Shown piece after piece: positions 1 through 11,405 of a stretch of DNA of 64,000 bases. The stretch covers positions 32,001 through 96,000 of the forward strand of contig CAWHTE010000011.1 in assembly GCA_963832165.1 (NCBI GenBank), read 5' to 3'. Position numbers and translations under genes: made by a program. Within the stretch, counting starts at the first letter, position 1. The number at the start of each line of letters is the position of its first letter. This DNA is from an uncultured delta proteobacterium (GTDB lineage Bacteria > Myxococcota_A > UBA9160 > SMWR01). Below the pieces are notes generated by a model, which saw only the letters and a program-made list of their open reading frames with translations, ran no database searches and was not told the origin of the DNA.

Positions 1-18
1 CGGCCTACATTCGGCGAC

Positions 19-873
19 ATGGCGACATACCACGGGAGCTGTCTGTGCGGCGAGGTCGCGTACGAGATCGACGGCCCGCTCGAGCACGCACACCACTGCG
101 ACTGCTCGTACTGCCGCAAGTTCCACGGGACGCCCTATGCGAGCTATGCGATGGCGCCGGTCGCGGGGCGTCGCTGGCTGCGCGGCGAGCGCAGCATCGC
201 GCGCTACGAGTCGTCGCCGGGCTTCCACCGCTGCTTCTGCGCGCGCTGCGGCTCCGCGGTGCCCGGCGATCCGTTCGAGCAGTCGACGTTCGTCCCGCTC
301 GGGAATCTCGACGGCGATCTGGGCGTGCGACCCGAGTTCCATATTTTCGCCGCGGCGCGTGCACCCTGGTACGACTTCCGCGACGGGCTGCCCGCGTTCG
401 ACGGGTTCCCGCCCGGCATCGATGCGCCGATCGCCGCGGATCTCGCGCCGCGCGATCCGGCCGGCACGCCGCGCGGGAGCTGTCTGTGCGGCGCGGTCGC
501 GTTCCGCCTCGAGGCGAAGCCGCGCGTCGCGCGGAACTGCCACTGCGGGCGTTGTCGCAAGGCGCGCGTCGCTCCGCACGCGACGAACATGGTCGTGCCG
601 ATCGACGGCGTGCGCTTCACGCGCGGCGAGGGCGAGCTCGCGAGCTTCAAGATCCCCGAGGCGAAGTTCTACCGGCAGGTGTTCTGCTCGACGTGCGGAG
701 GCAAGCTGCCGCGTCTGGACCCCGCTCGCGAGCTCGCGATCGTGCCGATGGGATCGCTCGACGACGATCCCGGCATCCGTCCGAGCCAGCACATCTGGGT
801 CGGATCGATGGCGACCTGGGACGAGATCTCCGACGACCTGCCGCGCTACGACGAGGGTCCGCCGCCGGCGTAG
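19..873 (+). CDS. Tandem GFA/CENP-V family protein (two GFA domains)
   Basis: Two copies of GSCLCG...CxCxxCRK...FCxxCG...PxxHIF/HIW; TACATT 7 nt before ATG. Confidence 0.9.
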   Translation: MATYHGSCLCGEVAYEIDGPLEHAHHCDCSYCRKFHGTPYASYAMAPVAGRRWLRGERSIARYESSPGFHRCFCARCGSAVPGDPFEQSTFVPLGNLDGDLGVRPEFHIFAAARAPWYDFRDGLPAFDGFPPGIDAPIAADLAPRDPAGTPRGSCLCGAVAFRLEAKPRVARNCHCGRCRKARVAPHATNMVVPIDGVRFTRGEGELASFKIPEAKFYRQVFCSTCGGKLPRLDPARELAIVPMGSLDDDPGIRPSQHIWVGSMATWDEISDDLPRYDEGPPPA

Positions 874-888
874 CGGCTGGAACAACGA

Positions 889-925
889 GGAAGGCGGGAT
901 CCGCCTTCGGCTCCTCCCGCCCTAC
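889..925 (-). repeat. GTAG-type REP palindrome (type A)
   Basis: Reverse complement GTAGGGCGGGAGGAGCCGAAGGCGGATCCCGCCTTCC is 36/37 identical to 15917-15953. Confidence 0.85.
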
Positions 926-942
926 GAGTTATTGTCGGCGCC

Positions 943-3018
943 GTGGAGTCCGGCAGCGAGCAGCGCGTGTCGATCGCCGCGCCGCCGCTCGCGGCGGTGG
1001 CGATGTTGCTCGTGCTCCTGTGCGCGGCCCTGTACACGAACCGCTGCGCGGGCGACTTCGTCGGCGCAGACGATTCGGAGATCGCCGCGGACGCGGGCGT
1101 GCGCTGGCACGAGCTCTCGCTCTCGAATCTCGAAGCCGCGCTCGTGCGAGAGCATCCCGTCGCGCAGCTCTCCTTCGGCCTCAACTACCGCTTCGGGCGG
1201 CTCGACGCGTACGGCTACCACGGGCTGAACATCGCGATCCACTTCGCGAACGCTCTGCTCGTGTACGCGCTCGCGCTCGCGCTGTTCCGGCGCACGAAGC
1301 TCTCCGACGAGGCGGTGCCCTGGGCCGCGTTGGCGGGCGCGGCGCTGTTCGCCGCGCATCCGCTCCAGACCGAAGCGGTGAGCTGGGCGGCGCAGCGCGG
1401 GAGCCTGCTCGCGGCGCTGTTCGGTCTCGCGGCCGTGCTCTGCTGGCTGCGCGGTCGCGCCGGCGAGGCGCGCGTGCGCGCCGCGTGGTGGAGCGCGGCC
1501 GGTGTGTGCTGGCTGCTCGCGGTTGGAGCGCGGGAGAGCGCGCTCGGGCTCCCGCTCGCGGTCTGGCTCTGCACATGGCTGTGGAGCGGCTCCGCGCGCC
1601 GGGTCCCGATCGCGCTCGCGCTCTGCGTTGCGGCGGCAGTCGTCTGGCTCGGGTCGGCGCCGGCGCTCACGCTTCACGAGAGCCTCGTGGTGTGGCCGCT
1701 GCCGGCGCGTTTGAGTCTGGTCCACGAGCTCGGTGTCTCGCGGCTCGCGCTCGGCGCCGCGCTCGCGCTCCAGGCGCTGCTGCTCGGTGCAGCGGTCGCG
1801 GGGGCGCAGCGCCATCGCGTCGTGTCGTTCGCGGTGCTCTGGTTCCTGCTCTTCCACGCGCTCGACGCGGCGCTCGTGCCCGGGCCGCTCGCGGCCGAGC
1901 ACCGCAACTATCTGGCGCTCGCGGGTCCCGCGCTCTGCGCCGGCTATGCGCTGTTCTCGGCGCTTCCGCGCCGGCTCGGGCTCGCCACCGCGCTCTGCGT
2001 GCTCGCCGTGACCGCGGAAAGTCTCGCGACCCACGCGCGGGGCGAGCTGTGGCGCAGCCCGCTCGCGCTCTGGGACGACGCGATCGCGAAGAGCCCGCGC
2101 TCGGAGCGCGCGCTCGTCGAGCGCGGAGAGCTGCTCGAACGGAAGGGGCGCGCCGACGAGGCGCTCGCCGACTTCGAGCGCGCCGTGCAGTCGGCGCCGG
2201 ACTCCGCGCATGCGCGCGCGCGTCTCGCCGCGAGCCTCGCCGGCTTCGGCCGCGAGCGCGAGGCGCTTCCGCACGCGCAGCAGGGCGTCGCGCTCGATCC
2301 CGAGAGCGCCTCCGCGTACGCACTGCTCGGCCGGATCCAGGCGTCGCTGGGCGAGCTCGAGCCGGCGGCGGTCGCCTACGAGCGCGCGCTCGCACTCGGA
2401 GGCGAGACGGGCCTCGAGCGGCGGCTCGGCGATGTGCTCGTGCGGCTGGGCCGGTTCGAGGACGCGCTTCCCCACTACCGCGCCGCCATCGAGAGCGACC
2501 CCGGCGACGACGAAGCGCGCACGGGCGCCGGCGCGGCGCTCGTCGAGCTGCACCGCGAGCGCGACGCGCTCGCCTATCTCGAGCCGGCCGTCGAGAGCCA
2601 GCCGAATCCGCACTACCTCGTGCATTTCGCCGACGCGCTCTGGCAGCTCGGCGATGCGAACGGCGCGATCGACGCCGTTACGGTCGCGGTGCGCGTCGCA
2701 CCCGAGTGGCCCGGCGCGACCAGCCGGCTCGCGTGGATGCTTTCGGTGACGCGCGACGAAAAGCGCCGCGATCCCGCGCGCGCGCTGCGCATCGCCGATA
2801 CCGCGCTCGCGCGGGCGCCGAACGCGCTCGTGCTCGACGCGCGCGCGGCTGCGCTCGCGGCCGCCGGCCGCTTCGCGGACGCGCGCGCCGACGCCGAGCG
2901 CGCGGCATCGCTCGCGGGCGACGCGGCGCTCGCGGCGCGCATTCGCGTGCACGCCGAGTCCTATGCGCGGCACGAGCTCGTGCGCGAGCCCCCACGCCCC
3001 TTCGATCCGGGCTCGTGA
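943..3018 (+). CDS. TMTC-like multi-pass membrane protein (putative GT-C glycosyltransferase) with C-terminal TPRs
   Basis: N-terminal DD motif, HPLQTEAVSW, EHRNYL, many TM helices, then TPR-like repeats. Confidence 0.75.
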   Translation: MESGSEQRVSIAAPPLAAVAMLLVLLCAALYTNRCAGDFVGADDSEIAADAGVRWHELSLSNLEAALVREHPVAQLSFGLNYRFGRLDAYGYHGLNIAIHFANALLVYALALALFRRTKLSDEAVPWAALAGAALFAAHPLQTEAVSWAAQRGSLLAALFGLAAVLCWLRGRAGEARVRAAWWSAAGVCWLLAVGARESALGLPLAVWLCTWLWSGSARRVPIALALCVAAAVVWLGSAPALTLHESLVVWPLPARLSLVHELGVSRLALGAALALQALLLGAAVAGAQRHRVVSFAVLWFLLFHALDAALVPGPLAAEHRNYLALAGPALCAGYALFSALPRRLGLATALCVLAVTAESLATHARGELWRSPLALWDDAIAKSPRSERALVERGELLERKGRADEALADFERAVQSAPDSAHARARLAASLAGFGREREALPHAQQGVALDPESASAYALLGRIQASLGELEPAAVAYERALALGGETGLERRLGDVLVRLGRFEDALPHYRAAIESDPGDDEARTGAGAALVELHRERDALAYLEPAVESQPNPHYLVHFADALWQLGDANGAIDAVTVAVRVAPEWPGATSRLAWMLSVTRDEKRRDPARALRIADTALARAPNALVLDARAAALAAAGRFADARADAERAASLAGDAALAARIRVHAESYARHELVREPPRPFDPGS

Positions 3019-3828
<810 letters not shown>

Positions 3829-3832
3829 GCGC

Positions 3833-4567
3833 TCAGCGTACCGCGGCGAGCTCCCGTTCGTACGCGGCCACCTCCGAGAGCCCGACTTGCTCGAGCAGCT
3901 CGGCGCGCTGCGCGCGTGCCGCTGAATCCTCGGGCGTCGCGGCGATGCGGGACGAGAGCGCGCGGATCGCGTCGTACCAGAGTCCGCTCTGAGCGTAGAC
4001 GGAAGCCTCGTTCGCTCCGCCGGCGGACAGACGCGCACCCAGTGTCTCGTCGGCGGCACGTCGTTCGATCCATGCTCCCGACGTGAAGTCGCGTGAGCGG
4101 CGTTCGGGGCTGGACACGAGCGAGACGAACCAGAGATACCGCGTACCGGTCTGGAGCTTCACTCCTAGATCCGCGAGACGCACGGCTTGGATGCCCGCCC
4201 GCGCGGGCGCCGGCAGGGCTACCTCGACGAGCGGCTCGATCGACGTCTCGTCGCGGATCGTGAACTCGATCTGCGTGGATGTGGGCTCGGCCAGATACCA
4301 GAACAAGGTGGGCTGATCCGAGGTGGTGTAGCCGAGGTGATCGGGCGCGAGGATCTGGACCCCGCTGAAGCGGCCCATGCCGCGAATCCCCGCGCCGATC
4401 CGCCGCGCCGGGAAGTCGGCCGGCGGGGCGACGTAGGTGAGGGTGGGCTTGCTCGCCGCGTTCGGCGATGGCTGCTCGCAGCCGGACCGGCTCGGCGCCA
4501 ACACCGACGATGCGATGACCAGGCCGACCGCGAACAGCAGTACGCGCGATCGATGTGTGGTGCTCAT
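3833..4567 (-). CDS. Secreted DUF928 domain protein
   Basis: Signal peptide; PTLFWYL, YLWFVSLV, YAQSGLWYDA, LLEQVGL motifs; ATG at 4567. Confidence 0.8.
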   Translation of the reverse strand: MSTTHRSRVLLFAVGLVIASSVLAPSRSGCEQPSPNAASKPTLTYVAPPADFPARRIGAGIRGMGRFSGVQILAPDHLGYTTSDQPTLFWYLAEPTSTQIEFTIRDETSIEPLVEVALPAPARAGIQAVRLADLGVKLQTGTRYLWFVSLVSSPERRSRDFTSGAWIERRAADETLGARLSAGGANEASVYAQSGLWYDAIRALSSRIAATPEDSAARAQRAELLEQVGLSEVAAYERELAAVR

Positions 4568-4890
4568 ATGCGCCTCACCCACCGCCCGTGGCTCGGTATA
4601 CCGCGCCTCGCTCCGACTGGCTCCTGAATACCGCCCCGCATCCGAGGCGGCGCGAGCCGGCCGCAGGCGCGCTCCTCGCCGCGGTCTCTCGCGCGGAGGG
4701 ATCCTCCTCGGTATTGGAAACAGTGGGACCACCTTCTTTTCTGTCAGGGAGGTCGTGACGCCGCGGCCTGCCTAGCGCGGCGGCCGCACGCGGAACTCCT
4801 GCGTTACTGGCGCAGCGGGTTGGAAGCGTGAGTCGCCCGGCTGGGACGCCGTCACGCGGCAGATGCCGACACCGCGTTTTGTCACAAGCC

Positions 4891-5874
4891 TCACGAGTGA
4901 AGACCTCGCTTCCGGGATGAGCGCAGCATTGCCAAGGCGACGATTCCCACGCCGAGCAGCGCCCCCGCGCCGGGCTCGGGAATGAAGGCGAGCCCGCGCG
5001 GACCATCGAGGCCGCCTCCGACGGCAAAGGAATCGATGAATGCGCCGGTGGTTCCGTCGTAGCGCAGCACCCGATCATTCTGGAAGTCGCTTAGGTACAG
5101 GTGGGCATCGGGATCGGGTCCAAATGCCAGGAAGCCGTTGGGATCTCCCGGGTGAGGATCTACCGGCAGGAGGAACGAGCCGAGTGGTGCGCCGGTCGTG
5201 CCGTCGAAACGCAGGACGTCGCCTTGGACAAACGCCAACAGATCTCCGTTCGGTGCAAAGATCACGTCACCGATATTGATGCCGGGTGCCGTCGTCGCGA
5301 AGACACCGAGATACGCGCCGCTCGTTCCGTCGAAGCGCAAGACCTGGAAGGTGTTCCAGCTGCCCACGTAGAGATTCCCGTCGCTTCCGAAGGCGAGACC
5401 GGCGGGGCCGTCCAAAGGCGATCCTGCGCCGATGGTTCCAAGCAACGTTCCAGTAGCGACATCGACGCGGAACACGTGGTCGTTGCTGAAGACGGACCCG
5501 TAGAGGTCGCCATCGGGGCCGAAGAGGATGTCGTTGATTTGGGGCGGGTAACCCGAAGTGACGACGTCGATGAAGGCCCCGGTGCTCCCGTCGAAGCGCT
5601 TGACGCTTGGGTTCGAGCCTCCGCCGCCCACGTAGAGGTTGCCGTCGGGCCCGAAAGTCAAGCCGCGGGGGGCCGCCTGAGCGGAGGCACCACTGACGAA
5701 ATTGCCGATGTACGCCCCGGTCGTTCCGTCATAGCGCTTCACCTCGTTGGTGAGATCGCTGTTGACCAGCAGATCGATCGGCGCTGCCTCCGCGGCACGG
5801 ACGACTCCGCCGACGCCGACCAGCACGGCCACCGCGACGACCCGTGACCTCCAGTTGGAATTCATTCGCGACAT
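4891..5874 (-). CDS. Beta-propeller (NHL/Vgb-like) protein with PEP-CTERM sorting signal
   Basis: Repeated FGPDGNLYV / RYDGTTGAF units; C-terminal IPEP + TM helix + basic tail. Confidence 0.85.
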   Translation of the reverse strand: MSRMNSNWRSRVVAVAVLVGVGGVVRAAEAAPIDLLVNSDLTNEVKRYDGTTGAYIGNFVSGASAQAAPRGLTFGPDGNLYVGGGGSNPSVKRFDGSTGAFIDVVTSGYPPQINDILFGPDGDLYGSVFSNDHVFRVDVATGTLLGTIGAGSPLDGPAGLAFGSDGNLYVGSWNTFQVLRFDGTSGAYLGVFATTAPGINIGDVIFAPNGDLLAFVQGDVLRFDGTTGAPLGSFLLPVDPHPGDPNGFLAFGPDPDAHLYLSDFQNDRVLRYDGTTGAFIDSFAVGGGLDGPRGLAFIPEPGAGALLGVGIVALAMLRSSRKRGLHS

Positions 5875-5932
5875 GGTTCCCTCCTCTGCAAGGAGGTCGT
5901 GGCTTCTCCGCGATCTGGATCAGCAGATCGCG

Positions 5933-8900
5933 CTACGGACACCCGGCAGACGCGAGCATCGGACCGGGCACCCCGGCGATCGGCGCCGCGGCCGCGACCA
6001 CGGGCGCCGGCAGCCACCCGTCGGGCTCGGCAGGAATCCCGCCCGCGCCGCGCATCGCGAACGTGCCCGCGCGTTCGCCACCGCGTGTGGCGCAGCGCTG
6101 CTGCATCTGCGACGCGGCGTCGAGGACCGAAGAGGGCAGGGGTGTAAGCGATCCCGCGAGATCGGCATCGGGGCTCGCGATCTCGACCGTGCCCGAGAGC
6201 TCCGGATTGCCGGAGGACGCGCTCACGATGCTGCCCGGGAATGCGAAGAAGTGGTCCGCGGCGATCCGGATGTGGCCGCCGGATCCCTCACCGGCCTGCG
6301 CCGTGATCCGGCTTCCGTTCTGGAGGATCACGACCTCGGGGTCGATCGCGATGTTGCCGCCGGTGCCTCCGGTCACGGAGGCGGTGATCGAGCCGTCGTC
6401 GAGGTGGACCCGGTTCTTCGCCTGAACCGTGATGTCACCTCCGTCCGCACTCACGGCGCTGGTCGCGATCGCGCCACCCACGACTCGGAGGGTGTCGCTC
6501 ACGAGCGTTACCCTTCCCGCGTCTCCGGTGGGGACTTCGGGAGGTTCCGCGAGGTAGCCGCGGAAGAAGTCGACCCACACGTCCAGCTCGCCGAAGCCCT
6601 GGGCGCTCTCCGCCGACACCGCGCCGCCGTCCGCGATCTCGATGTGCGGCGCGCGCAACGTCACGTCTCCGCCCGCTCCGTCGGCGCCGGTTCGGCTCGT
6701 GATGACGGAGTGCTCGCCTTCGACGCGGATCCGCTCGCCGGCCTCGATGTCGACGCTGCCCCCGTGCCCCGAGCCCAAGGTGCTCGCGGAGACCGCGCCC
6801 GCGCCGCGCACGATCACCTGGCCACCGGCGCTAGGAGCGATCAGTGTGACCTCGCCCGCTGCGCCCCCCCTTCCACCCTCGATCAGCGCTGCGGCTCCCG
6901 AGTTCACCGATCCACCGTCGATCAGGATGCGCGGCGCTGACAAGGTCACATGCCCCGCCGGTCCCTCGTTCGTGGTGTTCGAGCTCACTGCGCTCACGTC
7001 GCCGAAGCGCGAGTGCCCGACGACCTCGATCGACTCGCGGGCGTCGAGCGTGACCGCACCACCTTGTGCCGGCGTGAACATGGTGACGCCGGACACGACA
7101 CCGCCCGAGGCGATGCGGATGCGATCGCCCCGCAGCAGGATCGAGCCCCCGTCGCTCCCTCGGACCGTCGCCGAGGTCACCCAGGCGCCTTCTTCGACGG
7201 TAATCTCCGGGGCGTACAGCTCGATCGATCCGCCAAAGCCGCCGCGGGTTCCCGAGCCGATCCCCGTCAAGAGCACGGGCTCGTCCCGAAGGAGCGGGGT
7301 CCAGTCGAAGCGCGGGCCGTTCTCATCGGTGATCCGGATCGACTGTGATGCGTCGATCAGGACATTTCCGGCGTTTCCGGATCCGATGGCGGTCACGAAG
7401 ATTCCGGCCCCTTCCTCGCCGTCTTCGCGACCGGGACCGATCTGCACCGTGTCCGCACGGATGAGAACGTCCCCACCGTCACCCCCCGCCCCGAAGTTTG
7501 AACGAGCCACGATCTGGCCGCCGTCGCGGAGCTCGAGTGCACCCGCGTCGATCGTGATCGACCCGCGTGGGCCTGGACCGTTGTTGGCGGTGCTGATCGA
7601 GCCGTCGCGAACGGTCACCGTACCCTCGGTGCGGATAGCGATCGCGCCCGCGCCGCCCTGCGTGCCGGAATCGGCGCTGATCGTTCCGCCATCGACGCGG
7701 AGAGAGCCGGCATCGATCGCGATCGTGCCCGCGTCGCCGACGGAAGCGCGCGCACCGATGGAGGCGGAGTTCACGAGCTCGATCTCACCCAGGGCGCCGA
7801 TCGAGATCGCGCCGGCATCGCCAGTCCCCCCGGATTCGACGCCGATCGCGCCGTTCTCGACGCGCACGGAACCGGCATCGATCGCGATGCTGCCGCCCCG
7901 GCCTTCCCCGCCCGATATCGCGCTGATCGACGCGTTGTGGAGGCGGACGGAGTCCGCATCGACGGTGATCGTGCCGGCATCGCCCGATCGCCCCGACCGC
8001 GCGCTGACCGACCCAACGTCGATCGAGAGCGCGCCCGTGTCGATCGCGATCACACCGCCATCGCCGGATCCGCCGCCTCCCGCACTGATCGTGCCGTTTC
8101 TGAGCTCGAGCGAGCCGGCTTCGACTGCGATCGTGCCCGCATCGCCCAGTCGAGAATCGGCGAGGAGCAATCCCCGGTTCACGAGCTCGATCGGGCCGCC
8201 GCTCACGATTTCGATCGCTCCCGCGCTGCCCGCTGCCGAGCTGCTCACGGAGACCCGGCTGCTGTCGAAGCGCAGGGAATCGTTCGCGTCGATCTCGAGG
8301 CGCCCTGGGGTGGCGGAGTCGATGTTCTCCGCGAGCACCTGTGAGTGATCGATCACGATCTGGCCGCCGCGGATCGCGATCGTCCCTGCCGGCGCGCCGA
8401 GCGTGGTGCCGGTCAGCGCGATGTCGCCGCCGGCGAGCTCCAGTGTCTTTCCGGGCAGAACCGACAGCGCGCTGCCCGTCACATCGATGGGGGCCGCCAC
8501 AATCGTCTCGGGCAGGAAGCCGAACGCCGACGGTCGTGCTGTCGAGAGCACGCTCGAGAGCTGGAGCCTGGCGTCGAATCGGTCACCGCCCTCCTCGAAG
8601 CCGAGGTAGTCGGCGGTCGCAGCGTGGAACGAGCCCGGCACTTCGAGCCGGGCGCCCTCGCCGAATACGATGCCGCGCGGATTGAGCAGCCAGATGTCGG
8701 CGTCGGGCATCGTCGAGCGCAGCGTGCCGTCGATGTTGGACGGATCGCCTCCCGTGACGCGCGAGATCACGTTCTTGACGTGGTCGGGCCCCGTGAAGCT
8801 GGCGATCTCGCCGGTGCCGATCCCGAAGCGCGCGAAGCTGTGGAAGAGATTGTCTCCGCGCAGTGAGCCGAGGTCGTCGCTGATCAGGTAGTCGACCGTC

Positions 8901-9046
8901 TGGCCGGTCGGATCGATCCCCACGCCCACGTCGACGGCCGCACCGCCGAGCGATCCGTCGGTGGCGATCGCGTTCTGGGCTTCCGCCGGCGGCGATGCCA
9001 GGCCTACTACCCCAAACAACGCGAGCGATCGCGAGACGAGCTTCAT
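5933..9046 (-). CDS. TpsA-like filamentous haemagglutinin-domain exoprotein
   Basis: Signal peptide, NLFHSF, NVISRVTGG, LLNPRGIVFG TPS domain, GDAGTI beta-helix repeats, C-terminal GGIPAEP. Confidence 0.88.
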   Translation of the reverse strand: MKLVSRSLALFGVVGLASPPAEAQNAIATDGSLGGAAVDVGVGIDPTGQTVDYLISDDLGSLRGDNLFHSFARFGIGTGEIASFTGPDHVKNVISRVTGGDPSNIDGTLRSTMPDADIWLLNPRGIVFGEGARLEVPGSFHAATADYLGFEEGGDRFDARLQLSSVLSTARPSAFGFLPETIVAAPIDVTGSALSVLPGKTLELAGGDIALTGTTLGAPAGTIAIRGGQIVIDHSQVLAENIDSATPGRLEIDANDSLRFDSSRVSVSSSAAGSAGAIEIVSGGPIELVNRGLLLADSRLGDAGTIAVEAGSLELRNGTISAGGGGSGDGGVIAIDTGALSIDVGSVSARSGRSGDAGTITVDADSVRLHNASISAISGGEGRGGSIAIDAGSVRVENGAIGVESGGTGDAGAISIGALGEIELVNSASIGARASVGDAGTIAIDAGSLRVDGGTISADSGTQGGAGAIAIRTEGTVTVRDGSISTANNGPGPRGSITIDAGALELRDGGQIVARSNFGAGGDGGDVLIRADTVQIGPGREDGEEGAGIFVTAIGSGNAGNVLIDASQSIRITDENGPRFDWTPLLRDEPVLLTGIGSGTRGGFGGSIELYAPEITVEEGAWVTSATVRGSDGGSILLRGDRIRIASGGVVSGVTMFTPAQGGAVTLDARESIEVVGHSRFGDVSAVSSNTTNEGPAGHVTLSAPRILIDGGSVNSGAAALIEGGRGGAAGEVTLIAPSAGGQVIVRGAGAVSASTLGSGHGGSVDIEAGERIRVEGEHSVITSRTGADGAGGDVTLRAPHIEIADGGAVSAESAQGFGELDVWVDFFRGYLAEPPEVPTGDAGRVTLVSDTLRVVGGAIATSAVSADGGDITVQAKNRVHLDDGSITASVTGGTGGNIAIDPEVVILQNGSRITAQAGEGSGGHIRIAADHFFAFPGSIVSASSGNPELSGTVEIASPDADLAGSLTPLPSSVLDAASQMQQRCATRGGERAGTFAMRGAGGIPAEPDGWLPAPVVAAAAPIAGVPGPMLASAGCP

Positions 9047-9208
9047 CCACGAATCCTGGTGGCGCCATTCTAAACCGGGTCGGTTGCAAAGAGATCCCTT
9101 GAAAAGGTCGTTAAATCTCGACGATTCGGATCACGCGCCTGACTCCGCATCATCCGTAATTCTTGACCGGCCGGATTTCGCGGCCTTAGCATGCTCGGGG
9201 GTTGCTCG

Positions 9209-11362
9209 ATGCATCGAATTGGCCCGCTCGCGGCCGCCTTCTGCCTGCTCGCCGGGATGAATGCCGCTGGCGCGGACGGCGAGCCCACACGAGAGGTGTC
9301 GCCGCTGATCCGCGAGGCCGAAGCCCTGCAGGCGCTCGGCCGCTATGCGGATTCACTCGACAAGCTCGCGGAGGCCGACGCGGCCGCAGGCGCGAAGGCC
9401 GACCCCGCTCAGCGAGCCGCGATCGAAGGCGCGATCGGCAACGCCTACATCGCACTGGGCCCACCTGCGGCGGCGCGCGAGCACCTGACGAAGGCGCTCG
9501 ATCTGGCGCGCCGCGCCGCGGCCGAGCCGCTTGCCGCGGCGCTGCTCGTCAACCTCGGAAACCTCGACGCGTCGCAGGGGTCGTACGCCGAAGCGGCGCG
9601 CGGCTACACCGAAGCCGCAGCGCTGGCCGAGAAGTCGGGCGACCGCGCCCTCGCCGCGCGCGCCCATGCGAACCGAGCGCAGGCCGCGCAGCGCGGCGGA
9701 GCGCGGGACGGCGAGGTGCGCACGGCGCTCTCCCGCGCGACCGAGCTCGCAGACAACCTGCCCGAGTCGTCGGCGAAGGCCGATGTGTTGATCAACGCCG
9801 GCCGGACCTACGCCCGGCTCGGCGACCTGGAGCCGGCGCATGCAACGCTGCGTCGTGCGCAGAGTGCCGCTGAGGCGATCGACGACACGCGCACGCAATC
9901 GTACGCACTCGGATACCTCGGGGCCCTCTACTACGACCAGGGCAGGCTCGAGGAAGCGCTCGATCTCTCCCGCCGCGCGCTCTTCCTCGCGCAGCGCGCG
10001 AATGCACCCGAGTCGCTCTATCGCTGGCACTGGCAGGTGGGCCGGATCCTCGCCCGTCAACGCAAGCCCGCAGAGGCGATCGCGTCCTATCAGCAGGCGC
10101 TGACGGTGCTATCGACGATCCGCTTCGACATGGCACACGGCTACGCGACCGGCGGCGCGTCGTTCCGCGAGACGGTCGGGCCGGTCTTCTTCGAGCTCGT
10201 GGACCTGCTGCTCGCGACGGCACCGAGCAGCGAGAAGACCGACGCCTATCAGGCGCGTCTGCACGAGGTGCGCGACACGCTCGAGCGGCTCAAGGCCGCG
10301 GAGCTGCGCGACTACTTCGGCGACGAGTGCGTCGACGCGCTCCAGGCGAAGGTCGAGAGCCTCGATCGGGTCGCGCGCGCCGAGGTCGTGATCTACCCGG
10401 TCGTACTGCCGGACCGGCTCGAGCTCCTGCTCACGTTCCCGAACGGCATACGGCGCGCGACCGTGCCGGTCGGCGCCGAGACGCTCTCGGCGGAAGTGCG
10501 GACGCTGCGCCGCCTCCTCGAGAAGCGCACAACGCTGCAATTCCTTCCGCACGCCCAGAAGGTCTACGACTGGCTCGTGCGTCCCTTCGCATCCGATCTC
10601 GAGAGCGTTTCCACCAGCACGCTCGTCTTCGTTCCGGACGGTCCGCTTCGCACGATCCCGATCGGCGCGCTGCACGACGGGAAGCGCTTCCTGATCGAGA
10701 CATACGCCGTTGCCACGTCGCCGGGGCTCAGCCTCACCGATCCACGACCGCTCGAACGGCACGAGCTGAGCGCGCTCCTGATAGGCCTGAGTCGATCGGT
10801 GCAGGGTTTCCCGCCGCTCGCGCACGTGCCCGATGAGCTCGACTCGATTCGCGCGCTCTACGGCGGCGAGGTACTGCTGAATCAGCAGTTCCTGATCCCG
10901 CGTGTCGAGGCGGAGCTCAGCGGGCGTGAGTTCAGCGTGGTCCACGTGGCCACGCACGGCGAATTTTCGGAGGACGCCGAGCGCTCGTTCCTGCTCGCCT
11001 GGGACGGCCGGATCAGCATGGATCGCCTGGGCGAGGTGATCGGAGCGGGCCGCTTTCGCGATCGGCCGATCGAGCTGCTCACGCTATCGGCCTGCGAGAC
11101 GGCGGAGGGCAGCGAGCGCGCCGCGCTCGGCCTGGCGGGTGTGACGGTCCGCGCCGGCGCGCGCAGCGCGGTCGGGACGCTCTGGAGCGTGAACGACGCC
11201 GCGGCAGCCGACCTGATCGGCGAGTTCTATGGGCAGCTGCATTCGAGCCCGGTCTCGAAGGCGGTGGCGCTGCAGCGTGCGCAGCAGAAGGTATTGCGCG
11301 ACGTGAACCACGCGCATCCGTACTACTGGGCGCCGTTCTTGTTGATCGGGAACTGGTTGTGA
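9209..11362 (+). CDS. Exported TPR-CHAT (caspase-like) protease
   Basis: Signal-peptide-like N-terminus, TPRs, FVPDGPL, VHVATHG (His), LSACETA (Cys), HPYYWAPF; alternative ATG at 9191. Confidence 0.9.
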   Translation: MHRIGPLAAAFCLLAGMNAAGADGEPTREVSPLIREAEALQALGRYADSLDKLAEADAAAGAKADPAQRAAIEGAIGNAYIALGPPAAAREHLTKALDLARRAAAEPLAAALLVNLGNLDASQGSYAEAARGYTEAAALAEKSGDRALAARAHANRAQAAQRGGARDGEVRTALSRATELADNLPESSAKADVLINAGRTYARLGDLEPAHATLRRAQSAAEAIDDTRTQSYALGYLGALYYDQGRLEEALDLSRRALFLAQRANAPESLYRWHWQVGRILARQRKPAEAIASYQQALTVLSTIRFDMAHGYATGGASFRETVGPVFFELVDLLLATAPSSEKTDAYQARLHEVRDTLERLKAAELRDYFGDECVDALQAKVESLDRVARAEVVIYPVVLPDRLELLLTFPNGIRRATVPVGAETLSAEVRTLRRLLEKRTTLQFLPHAQKVYDWLVRPFASDLESVSTSTLVFVPDGPLRTIPIGALHDGKRFLIETYAVATSPGLSLTDPRPLERHELSALLIGLSRSVQGFPPLAHVPDELDSIRALYGGEVLLNQQFLIPRVEAELSGREFSVVHVATHGEFSEDAERSFLLAWDGRISMDRLGEVIGAGRFRDRPIELLTLSACETAEGSERAALGLAGVTVRAGARSAVGTLWSVNDAAAADLIGEFYGQLHSSPVSKAVALQRAQQKVLRDVNHAHPYYWAPFLLIGNWL

Positions 11363-11369
11363 AGCTGCA

Positions 11370-11401
11370 ATGGCGGGATGCGCTTCGCTTTCCCGCCCTA
11401 C
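11370..11401 (-). repeat. GTAG-type REP palindrome (type B) between convergent genes
   Basis: ATGGCGGGATGCGCTTCGCTTTCCCGCCCTAC, 29/32 identical to 15968-15999. Confidence 0.8.
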
Positions 11402-11405
11402 GAGA

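Noticed and set aside
7560..8230. Repeated ATCGCGATCGTGCCCGC-like units as a CRISPR or tandem array
   Set aside because: They are the coding beta-helix repeats (GDAGTIAIDAGS) of TpsA
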